Below, one piece after another: positions 1 through 7,312 of a stretch of 13,906 bases of DNA. A model generated the notes under the pieces. The model made no database searches. It worked only from the letters and a program-made list of their open reading frames with translations, and was not told the origin of the DNA. The position numbers were made by a program, and so were the translations under genes. The stretch spans positions 1 through 13,906 of the forward strand of contig CBDCXV010000003.1 in the NCBI GenBank assembly GCA_965223905.1. The letters run 5' to 3'. Positions within the stretch are counted from its first letter, which is position 1. Every line of letters begins with the position of its first letter. The DNA is from Candidatus Latescibacterota bacterium (GTDB taxonomy: Bacteria; Latescibacterota; UBA2968; UBA8231).

Positions 1-2721
1 GCGCACGTCCCGCAGCTGCAGGAGCATGAACTTGAACTGCGGCTGGATTTTCAACTTGCCCCAGTAGCGGGTGTAGTCCGCCCTGCTGACCGCGTTCCAC
101 TGGTCCAGCCGCCGCTGGCGCTGGAAAGCCCCGCCGGGCAAGAGCCTCTCCTGCTGCCAGTTGAGGCGCAGGCGCAGCTTCTGCACCGCGTTGAACCCCG
201 GCCGGGGACGCCAGTGTCCTTCCAGGTAGGTCTCGTTGACGTAGCTGTCCGCATACAGCAAAGGATCCGTGCGGATGACGATCGGGTTGCCGGCGATGAC
301 GGCCGGCAAACCGTCGAAGGTCGGAGAGTAGGCGCCGCGAACGATGAGCTCGATGTCCTCCCGGGTGCGGTTGAACTCGTCGGGGATATCGTCCTCCACC
401 CGGCGGAAGTGGTTCTCGAAGAAGATCCGGCGCAGCCGCTCGAGGCCCTCCCGGCGATAGGTCAGCAGGGCGTAGGAGGAGTGGTTGCGGCCGCCACCGG
501 CGATGCTGACCACGTGGTGGCGCCCCATGCCGAAGGAGAGCCGGGGCGTCATGTCGTACTGGGCGAACAGGTGATAGCCGCGCTGGTCGGGGTCGTAGGG
601 GTAATCGGGCTCGTAGTCGTCTTCGCGGATGTCGGGCTCGTCGTTGTTGTTGCGATCGAGGCCGTAGACGAAGTCGTTGGGATCGACCTCGTACATCAGG
701 AACGGCTCCTCGTAGTCGGGCAGCGGGTTGAGGTTGCGGTTGACGTCGGAGATGCCATCGTTGTCGGCGTCCTGACCCGGAAAGGTGCCGTCGCAGTCGA
801 AGCTCCAGCATGTCTGGCCCCGGTCGCCCCCAGCAGGCGCGCCGACGACCGCGCCCAGAAGGACTTCCGGCCAGCGGTCGCCGTCTTCGTTGTCCTGCAC
901 CAGGCGCCAGACCATCGTGTCCTCGGAGAGGCCGAAGAAGGGGTCTATTCTCCTCGTGTACCCCTGGGAGCTGTCCCGCGGCAGGTACGCGACCATCTCG
1001 GTGGTGAAGTCGGGATTCATGGAAAACAGTTCGAAGCCCGCGCGTCCGCGGCCGAACCAACTGGTGCCGTTGACGAAACAGGCAGAGCCCTGATCGGTGA
1101 ATCGCGGGCTGCGGTCGAAGGCCGGAGTGCCGCCTGCTCGAGCGGGGAAGCGGGCGAAGCGGGCGGAGCGCGCGTACTCGCCGGTGATCTCGAAACCCGG
1201 CAGCCCGAGATGCACGTCGGCGCTGTAGGTGAAGATCCCGGTGTTGGCGCCGACGTCGAAACGCACGGTCTCCACGTTGGACTGGTCGCGCACGTTGCCC
1301 CTGGCCCGCAGGACCGTCTGGTAGGGCGTGCTGCGATACTTGCTGTCCAGGTTGCCGGGGGCCTCGACCTCCTCGTAGATGCTGGCCATCTCGACCCGGT
1401 AGTCGTTGCCGACAACGGCCTCGATCTGCACGGATTCGATATCGGGTTCCGCCGACAGATCGTAGATGAAGACGAGGACCTCCTCGCCGTCGGCGCTGAG
1501 GATGTCCTCGGGCGACTCGAGAACGAAGGTCGACAGCAGACCCTCCAGGTGGGTGTTCTTCTCGATGAAATCGGGGTTTTTGTCGCGCCACCGGGTGTCC
1601 TCGTTCTGGAGACGGAAGAGGAAGTCGGAGTCTTCGTGCGACAAGCGGTAGAGAAGGTCGGCGTACAGGGGGATCTCCAGGTCCCGGTAGTAGGACGGCG
1701 CCCTTATGAACTCGTTGTAGTCGAATGTCGGCTGGAACCCGGTCGACAGGTGCCTGCCCACCTGGGTGCCGGTCCGGGCCGGGTGTCGGATCACCGCAGG
1801 GGTGATATCGGGCCGCGGCCTGCCGTCGATGAGGAGCCGGACCTCCTGGACCAGGGCTCCGCCGCTGCCGTCTCCGGGCGAATCGTCGCTGAAGCGCACC
1901 AGCAGCAGCTCGGTCAGGGGATGGTCGGGCCGCAGGATTCCCCTGAGGCTGTTGTCGGTGCCCGTGCTCCGGAACGGGTGCAGGTTGACGCCGTTGAAGC
2001 CGATGCTCAGGGCGCCGATTTCCGCCTGCGTCCGGCTGCCCACCAGCATGGTTGAGTTATCTGTATTCTCCTCGAAGGCGTTGGGGTTGCCGCGCCAGTC
2101 GTGCTCGACGTTCGGCCGGGCGATACGGGAGCCCAGTGCCGTGAACTTGAGATGGGGCGCCGACAGGTCCAGGCGGACGCCGTTGAAATCCGTCATCGAC
2201 AGAGTCAGCGGCGTGAAACGGGAGATCAGACCGTCCCCCACAATGATGCTGTACCCCCACTCCTTGTAGCTGTCGCGTCCCACCACGACCTGGTCGAACA
2301 CGTAATGCCACGAGGTCCAATCCTTGAACAGACTGCTGCCGCTGACCTGTCCCGGCCGGCGGGTTTCCCTCCAGTCGAACAGGTCGTATCCGGTTATCAT
2401 GAAATCTCCCATGCCGCTGTAGAAGGCCTGCGGCCGGTTCTGGAACCCGACGTTCTCATCCAGATCCCAGGGGAAGGTGTGGTCCTTGCGGTGCTCGTAG
2501 AGATCGAAGGCGTAGTTGCGGTAGGGGGGCCGTTCGATGCGAAGGAACGGTCTGGAGTCGAAGATCTCGGGAAGGGCCAGATGATCCTCTTCTTCGGACG
2601 GAGCCGGATCTTCGGCTTCGGAGGAAGCCTGAAGACTCCACAGCAATGTCAGCAGCAACAGGCCGGCGCGCCGGGCGGAGCGAGCGGCCCGCAGATCGAA
2701 TCCCCTTGCGCGCTCAATCAT
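1..2721 (-). CDS. Large exported protein, probable outer-membrane beta-barrel with inserted soluble domain and acidic Dx[DN]xDG-type loops (3' end outside window, >=907 aa)
   Basis: Hand translation from ATG at 2721 gives a stop-free frame to position 1. It begins MIERARGFDLRAARSARRAGLLLLTLLWSLQASSEA (Sec-type signal) 6 nt after the upstream TGA (2728-2730). It has many amphipathic strands (FNGVRLDLS, LKFTALGSR, LSIGFNGVNL, YSADVHLGL, FEITGEYAR, KLRLRLNWQ, LKIQPQFKF) and an acidic block (DNEDGD, DADNDGISD, DRNNNDEPD). It is absent from the ORF track because no stop lies in the window. The ORF is solid; the barrel call is inference. Confidence 0.8.
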   Translation of the reverse strand, partial: MIERARGFDLRAARSARRAGLLLLTLLWSLQASSEAEDPAPSEEEDHLALPEIFDSRPFLRIERPPYRNYAFDLYEHRKDHTFPWDLDENVGFQNRPQAFYSGMGDFMITGYDLFDWRETRRPGQVSGSSLFKDWTSWHYVFDQVVVGRDSYKEWGYSIIVGDGLISRFTPLTLSMTDFNGVRLDLSAPHLKFTALGSRIARPNVEHDWRGNPNAFEENTDNSTMLVGSRTQAEIGALSIGFNGVNLHPFRSTGTDNSLRGILRPDHPLTELLLVRFSDDSPGDGSGGALVQEVRLLIDGRPRPDITPAVIRHPARTGTQVGRHLSTGFQPTFDYNEFIRAPSYYRDLEIPLYADLLYRLSHEDSDFLFRLQNEDTRWRDKNPDFIEKNTHLEGLLSTFVLESPEDILSADGEEVLVFIYDLSAEPDIESVQIEAVVGNDYRVEMASIYEEVEAPGNLDSKYRSTPYQTVLRARGNVRDQSNVETVRFDVGANTGIFTYSADVHLGLPGFEITGEYARSARFARFPARAGGTPAFDRSPRFTDQGSACFVNGTSWFGRGRAGFELFSMNPDFTTEMVAYLPRDSSQGYTRRIDPFFGLSEDTMVWRLVQDNEDGDRWPEVLLGAVVGAPAGGDRGQTCWSFDCDGTFPGQDADNDGISDVNRNLNPLPDYEEPFLMYEVDPNDFVYGLDRNNNDEPDIREDDYEPDYPYDPDQRGYHLFAQYDMTPRLSFGMGRHHVVSIAGGGRNHSSYALLTYRREGLERLRRIFFENHFRRVEDDIPDEFNRTREDIELIVRGAYSPTFDGLPAVIAGNPIVIRTDPLLYADSYVNETYLEGHWRPRPGFNAVQKLRLRLNWQQERLLPGGAFQRQRRLDQWNAVSRADYTRYWGKLKIQPQFKFMLLQLRDVR

Positions 2722-2727
2722 TGCTCG

Positions 2728-4812
2728 TCAATACACCACGGCGACCGGCGCCGCCCTGATCTCCACCTCGCGCCCGAAACGGACTCGCACCCTGGCCAGG
2801 TAAATCCCCGGGGGCACCAGGGCGCCCGACTCGTCGCGGCCGTCCCAGTACCCGGGCAGCGCGGTGGCGTCCCCTCCGCCGAGAGGCCGTACGTACTCGC
2901 CGCCTTCCAGGGGTCCGGCCCGCACCATTCGCACCATGCGACCCCTCAAGTCGAAAACGCCGACTTCCACCCACTGAGGGTCTTCGACCCTGGCCAGGAA
3001 GAACTCGATGGCCGTGCCCTCGTTGACTCCATCTCCGTTCGGACTGAATACATCCGGCTCGGCCCGCACCCCGCCCAGCAGGTCTCCCTCTATCGCGCTT
3101 GCCCGCACGAGCCAGGACCGGCTGGTTCCGGGGTCCGTTTCCCCGGTGTCCTCTTCCGTCTCCAGCGAGACATTTTCAGGACCGTAAACCCGAGACCTCA
3201 TCCTGAAGGATTCGGTCAGCAGGCGAGCCCGGAATTCGACTCTGAGCGTGTCGGATTGCCGCCACACGGATGCGAACCGCAGCTCCAGCCGGTCACCCCA
3301 TGCCACCGCCTCCTCCACGCCGACGCCGGCAGGTGCCTCCACCCTCTCGACCACCGCCCGGCTCGGTGTGGCGATGCGCACCCGCTCCACCCCCGGGTCG
3401 TCCTCCGCGAAGTCGAGGACCAGGAGGTAGGTGAACCGTGTTTCCCGGCCCAGCACCGCCTCGTTGGGTGATACGGAGGCGCGGGTGCTGGAGACCGGAA
3501 TCCGGTCGGTAAAGCCGATGACGAGACTGTCGAGTCGGGGGGCCGCATCCTCGAATCGAGTCTCCAGCTCCACCCGGTACTGCAACCAGACGCGCGGCTC
3601 GGGCACCTGCAGAGCGGCTTCGTCCGCCTCGATCGGCGCGCTCCAGGGACTCCAGGTCACGGCGTCGTCGCTGCTGCGAAACCGCAGCAGCAGGTCCGTA
3701 CCCTCGGGGCGGTCGCCGACCCGGCGGACCGACTCGAAGTTCTTGCGCCGGCCCGGACTGCCCAGATCCATGGGCGCCGATACGAAGCTGCCTTCCGGGG
3801 CCGTACCCGCACCGAGAACCTGGATCTCGGCCACGCGGGCGCTGTTCACCGGGTCGACCTCGGCGACTACGACTTGGAGGAAGCGCGCCATGACCGGATC
3901 GAAGGCGATTCCGGAGCGAATGTACTCTTCGACCCCGTGGCGGACTCCCACTTCTTTCCACAGGAGCCGGTCGTTGCTGACCTGGACCCCGTAACCGAGC
4001 AGCGTGTTGTCGGCCAATTCATCCGGGTCGCTGCCGAAGGTGATGACCCGCACCTCGCCGATAAGGCGAGGCTGCAGCAGATCGACGCGGGCCGAGGCGC
4101 TCAGCGCATCCGGGTTGACCTGCCACCTCGTGGCGAAGTCCCCGTCGAACACCTCGTCGGGGAGGCCCGGTTTTTCATGGGCGAGGTTTTCGCCAAACGT
4201 CGTCCGCAGGGTCAGTCCCCCCTGCGGCCGCCCGGCATCGACTCCCCCCGGAAACCCGGCGATCACTTCGGCTCCCAGGTCATCCGACCAGCCCACCAGC
4301 CGGCTGCGGTCGAGCTGTCCTCTCTGCACCGGCCTCCACACCTCCTCGTCCAGTCTGGCGCTCGTGCGCCAGCCGTCCTCCTCCTGAGGCTCGCCGGTCC
4401 AAAGCCACGGCTCGCTCACACCGCTGGTGTTGCTGGCCCACACCCGGCCCTCGGGTCCCGTGATCTCGACCAGCAGGCCGCTGCCCTGTCCGCGGCCGCT
4501 GTTGTCGACCTGCACGGCGAGATGGTTCCCCCGTCTCCGGAGGGTAACCGGATACTCTTCCACCGTTGTCCAGTTCTCGTCGATTCCCGTGCCCAGCGAC
4601 TCGCCGCCGAAAAAAACCTCGAACGCGTCGACGGCCGTCAGGCGCACGACCGCGCCCCCGGCGACCGCGGCGTTGAAGCTGAAACGGTAGTACACCGTCT
4701 GCGGCCACCGGCCCTGCGAGCATTCGTTCGCCGAGCACACGACCGCACCACCGCCCGGCCGGACGCAGCACAGCAGACAAAGCCCGATGGGAATGATGCG
4801 TATGCCCGGCAT
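2728..4812 (-). CDS. Exported multidomain protein (694 aa): N-terminal beta-sandwich/lectin-like domain, F5/8 type C (discoidin/CBM32-like) domain, further beta domains, C-terminal FlgD-Ig / gliding-motility-CTD-like domain
   Basis: This is the C-terminal part of the listed 2728..5973 ORF. ATG at 4812 lies 5 nt after the upstream TAG (4818-4820) and starts a signal-like MPGIRIIPIGLCLLCCVRPGGGA. Discoidin pattern: ENLA..FDGDFATRW..VDL....IGEVRVI..YGVQVSND..W..FDPVMARFLQV..ARVAEIQVLG (~4194-3810). C-tail: PDVFSPNGDGVNE..VGVFDLRGRMVR..WDGRDESGALVPPGIYLARV (~3060-2731). Confidence 0.85.
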   Translation of the reverse strand: MPGIRIIPIGLCLLCCVRPGGGAVVCSANECSQGRWPQTVYYRFSFNAAVAGGAVVRLTAVDAFEVFFGGESLGTGIDENWTTVEEYPVTLRRRGNHLAVQVDNSGRGQGSGLLVEITGPEGRVWASNTSGVSEPWLWTGEPQEEDGWRTSARLDEEVWRPVQRGQLDRSRLVGWSDDLGAEVIAGFPGGVDAGRPQGGLTLRTTFGENLAHEKPGLPDEVFDGDFATRWQVNPDALSASARVDLLQPRLIGEVRVITFGSDPDELADNTLLGYGVQVSNDRLLWKEVGVRHGVEEYIRSGIAFDPVMARFLQVVVAEVDPVNSARVAEIQVLGAGTAPEGSFVSAPMDLGSPGRRKNFESVRRVGDRPEGTDLLLRFRSSDDAVTWSPWSAPIEADEAALQVPEPRVWLQYRVELETRFEDAAPRLDSLVIGFTDRIPVSSTRASVSPNEAVLGRETRFTYLLVLDFAEDDPGVERVRIATPSRAVVERVEAPAGVGVEEAVAWGDRLELRFASVWRQSDTLRVEFRARLLTESFRMRSRVYGPENVSLETEEDTGETDPGTSRSWLVRASAIEGDLLGGVRAEPDVFSPNGDGVNEGTAIEFFLARVEDPQWVEVGVFDLRGRMVRMVRAGPLEGGEYVRPLGGGDATALPGYWDGRDESGALVPPGIYLARVRVRFGREVEIRAAPVAVVY

Positions 4813-4817
4813 ATCGC

Positions 4818-6059
4818 CTAATCGGCAGCTACCGAGAAGTCGAAGGGGTAGGTCACGACCACCGGCAGGGGAGCCGGCGGAGGCATCGAGGGCCGGGACG
4901 GGTCCGGACCGTCCTGCGGATCTGCCGCCGCCGGAGGGGACTCGGCAGGCCGGAAGCCCAGTTGCTCGATTTCCCGCGCCACGCAGGGACCCACCGAGTC
5001 GTTGCCAACCGTCGACTCGGTCACGGAAACCTCGGTTACCGCCCCTCCCACGCCGATGGTGAAGCGGACGACGACGCGCCCCTGGGTCGCCTCCCCTCTG
5101 TCGAACGGCTCGGCGAAGCAGCGGTCGAACTCCGCCAGTTGCCGGCGGACCTCGGCCCGGATGGCGGCCTCGTCCCGAGTGCGGTCTCCCGGCAGATTTC
5201 CGAGGATCTGGAAAGGGCCGTTCTCGGAGACCATCAGCGCCGCGGCGGTCGCGGCCGGGCCGGCGCCCTTCCCCTCCAGCAGGCGCTGCTCCACCCGGTG
5301 CCGGAAGGCGAAACGCAGATCCCGGGTCTCCTCCGGGATGTCGAAAGCGCCGAAGCGGAGGACGAAATTCCTCAGGTGAAGGATCACCTCTTCGCTTTCG
5401 GCGTACACCGGATCGAAGACGATGAAACCACCGTAGTTCTCGCCTTTGAAAATCGCCTGATTCTCTTCGTAGTTGTGGCTGCGCACGGTTCCCAGCCGCA
5501 CCTCGAAGCGGTAGAACTCGTTTCCGCTCTGTCCTCGGCGGGAGCGGTAGTAGTTCTCGAAGTTTTCGTAGGGCGAAGCCGAAGTAATGCCGTAGGCGCG
5601 CAGGTGCTGGCCCTGGTCGGTGGTGACGACGGCCTCGAGGGGATCGAGCAGCACCTTCGGGAAGGTGCGGTTGAAGATGGTGACCTTGAACACGGTGAAG
5701 CGGTTGGGAGTGTACCCCAGACGGGTATCGACCCAGTTGCCGTAGGTATAGGGATTGGTCGAGTACTTTCCGCGCGACGACTCGTCGGGAAAGAGCCGGT
5801 TCAGCTTTTCGTCGGTCATATGCTCTACCTCGACCCGAAGGCCGGACAATTCCCACGAGATACTGCCGTCCTCCTGGATTGCGTATCTCTCCTCCCCGCT
5901 CCCGGTCTCTCCTGCTCCCCCGACAGGAGTCAGGATCGTCTCGTGCTTGATGGCCGCAGGAAACAGGAAGCATCCGGCCGCCAGCCCCGACAGGGCGGCG
6001 ACCAGCGGTACGGTCAGCCGCCCCCCTGCTCCCGCCGCTCGGGACGCAGGCGACCTCAC
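4818..6059 (-). CDS. Lipoprotein (413 aa) with unknown N-terminal domain and C-terminal AgmX/PglI-type TonB-C-like domain
   Basis: GTG start overlaps the upstream TGA (GTGA, 6056-6059) with AGGA upstream. Lipobox-like LAAG-C30 (Cys codon 5972-5970). The C-terminus AAIRAEVRRQLAEFDRCF..GRVVVRFTIGVGGAVTEVSVTESTVGNDSVGPCVAREIEQLGF..VVVTYPFDF fits the two-Cys AgmX/PglI tail pattern. Confidence 0.85.
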   Translation of the reverse strand: MRSPASRAAGAGGRLTVPLVAALSGLAAGCFLFPAAIKHETILTPVGGAGETGSGEERYAIQEDGSISWELSGLRVEVEHMTDEKLNRLFPDESSRGKYSTNPYTYGNWVDTRLGYTPNRFTVFKVTIFNRTFPKVLLDPLEAVVTTDQGQHLRAYGITSASPYENFENYYRSRRGQSGNEFYRFEVRLGTVRSHNYEENQAIFKGENYGGFIVFDPVYAESEEVILHLRNFVLRFGAFDIPEETRDLRFAFRHRVEQRLLEGKGAGPAATAAALMVSENGPFQILGNLPGDRTRDEAAIRAEVRRQLAEFDRCFAEPFDRGEATQGRVVVRFTIGVGGAVTEVSVTESTVGNDSVGPCVAREIEQLGFRPAESPPAAADPQDGPDPSRPSMPPPAPLPVVVTYPFDFSVAAD

Positions 6060-7312
6060 CTCGTCCTTTCCGTGTAGAAGTCGATCTGCTGCCGAGCGAT
6101 CGATCCCTGCTGCGTCATGGCAAAGACGACAATGTTGACCCCGATCTGCAGCTGGGGCGTATTGCGGAATTCCTTTTCCCAGGCGCGGCCGTATTCCTTG
6201 GTTGACAGCACCACCACGAGCCGGTCCCCGAGGAAGATCCCCTCCAGAAACGGTTTCTCGGGGCGGAACTCGCGGGTGAAGATGACGATGTCCTGGGATC
6301 GTTGCGGCGGCGGACCGTCGTCGAAGTCGTAGAAACTGTGGTAGACGGGATGGTCCTCGGGCAGGACCCGGAAGCGGGCGTCCCGGCCCAGGGCCCCCTT
6401 CAGCATCTGCCGCAGCGAAGCCTCGGCAGGGGTGAACTCTTTCGCCACGGCATCGTGCCGCGTGCCGGATTCGACCATGGCCTCGACGAAGGCGAAGCCG
6501 CCCTGGCGCAGGTAATCACCGAGGTTGGCCATCTCCCTCTCCGTCGGTTCGAAGGCCTGCTCCGCCGCTATGTAGACGAAGGGCGCCCGGAAAATCTCGC
6601 GCGAATCGAGGAACAAGTGGTTGTCCACTTCGGCGCGAATCTGGGTGAAATCGTTTATCGCCTCAACGAGCTCGAACATGGCCCGTTGAGTAGGGGGATC
6701 GAGATCGTTGCCCCAGGCCAGTGCGAGGTAGACGAAACCGGTGATATTCTGCTTGTCGCCGGGATCCTGGATCACCAGCCCCTTGTAGCGGCCGATGTCC
6801 AACGCCTCCAGATCGAGAAATTCCTCCTGCATGCTGATCCGCTTGTCCGGCTCCTTGGGGCTTTCGATGGCAACTCGCTTCACCTCGGGCTGCACGATTT
6901 CCAATCCCAGCCCGGCGCCGCTGTCGACGCCGAACCGGAAGGTGCGGATCTTTCCGGCCAGATCGGGCCGGCGGATCTGCAGCCGATGCGCAATTTGTGG
7001 TTTCGCGGCCCGCACCTGGCGGGTCATCTGCCGCTTGGGCATCTTGCGTTTCTCGAATTCGAAGGGCTTGGTCATGCGCGGTTTGCGCACCACCAGGTGC
7101 ATGACCGGCGGCTTGGGCGGCTTCTTTTTTTCTTCGCGCAGGGAGAGAAAGGCGAGGGGCAGCGACAGAAGCACGAAGGCGACGGCAACGGCAGCCCAGG
7201 TCAGCCGCCGCTGGAGCCGCAGCAAGTCCTCCAGCTGGAGAAAATCGGTCGGGGTAGAGAAACGCCGCGATCTCCGGCCAGGCCGATCCGCCGCGGAGCT
7301 CTCCCGGTTCAT
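6056..7312 (-). CDS. Bitopic membrane protein (418 aa): TM helix, Lys/Pro/Arg-rich linker, C-terminal DUF4159-like domain
   Basis: ATG at 7312 overlaps the TPR gene stop (ATGA, 7309-7312), so it is preferred over 7333. TM LTWAAVAVAFVLLSLPLAFLSL is followed by EEKKKPPKPPV. DUF4159-like motifs: PFVYI..EMANLGDYLRQGGFAFVE..LPEDHPVYHSFYDF..LEGIFLGDRLVVV..GVNIVVFAMTQ. Confidence 0.82.
   Translation of the reverse strand: MNRESSAADRPGRRSRRFSTPTDFLQLEDLLRLQRRLTWAAVAVAFVLLSLPLAFLSLREEKKKPPKPPVMHLVVRKPRMTKPFEFEKRKMPKRQMTRQVRAAKPQIAHRLQIRRPDLAGKIRTFRFGVDSGAGLGLEIVQPEVKRVAIESPKEPDKRISMQEEFLDLEALDIGRYKGLVIQDPGDKQNITGFVYLALAWGNDLDPPTQRAMFELVEAINDFTQIRAEVDNHLFLDSREIFRAPFVYIAAEQAFEPTEREMANLGDYLRQGGFAFVEAMVESGTRHDAVAKEFTPAEASLRQMLKGALGRDARFRVLPEDHPVYHSFYDFDDGPPPQRSQDIVIFTREFRPEKPFLEGIFLGDRLVVVLSTKEYGRAWEKEFRNTPQLQIGVNIVVFAMTQQGSIARQQIDFYTERTR

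Noticed and set aside
214-3471. Long plus-strand ORFs 214..2055 (613 aa) and 2101..3471 (456 aa)
   Set aside because: They are antisense shadows of the real minus-strand genes in high-GC DNA, with V/G/A/D-rich or R/P-rich translations and no recognisable motifs.
4896-4914. Near-palindrome GGACGGGTCCGGACCGTCC in the Pro-rich loop
   Set aside because: Short, GC-rich, imperfect, single-copy and inside a CDS, so expected by chance.
4813-5973. N-terminal 387 aa of the listed 1081-aa ORF
   Set aside because: R/G/P-rich off-frame read-through that overlaps the lipoprotein gene. The plausible start with a signal peptide is ATG 4812.
6805-7246. Similar motifs DFLQLE and EFLDLE (16/19 nt; 7228-7246 and 6805-6823) in the DUF4159 gene
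   Set aside because: Too short to support a duplication, and the two lie on opposite sides of the TM helix.
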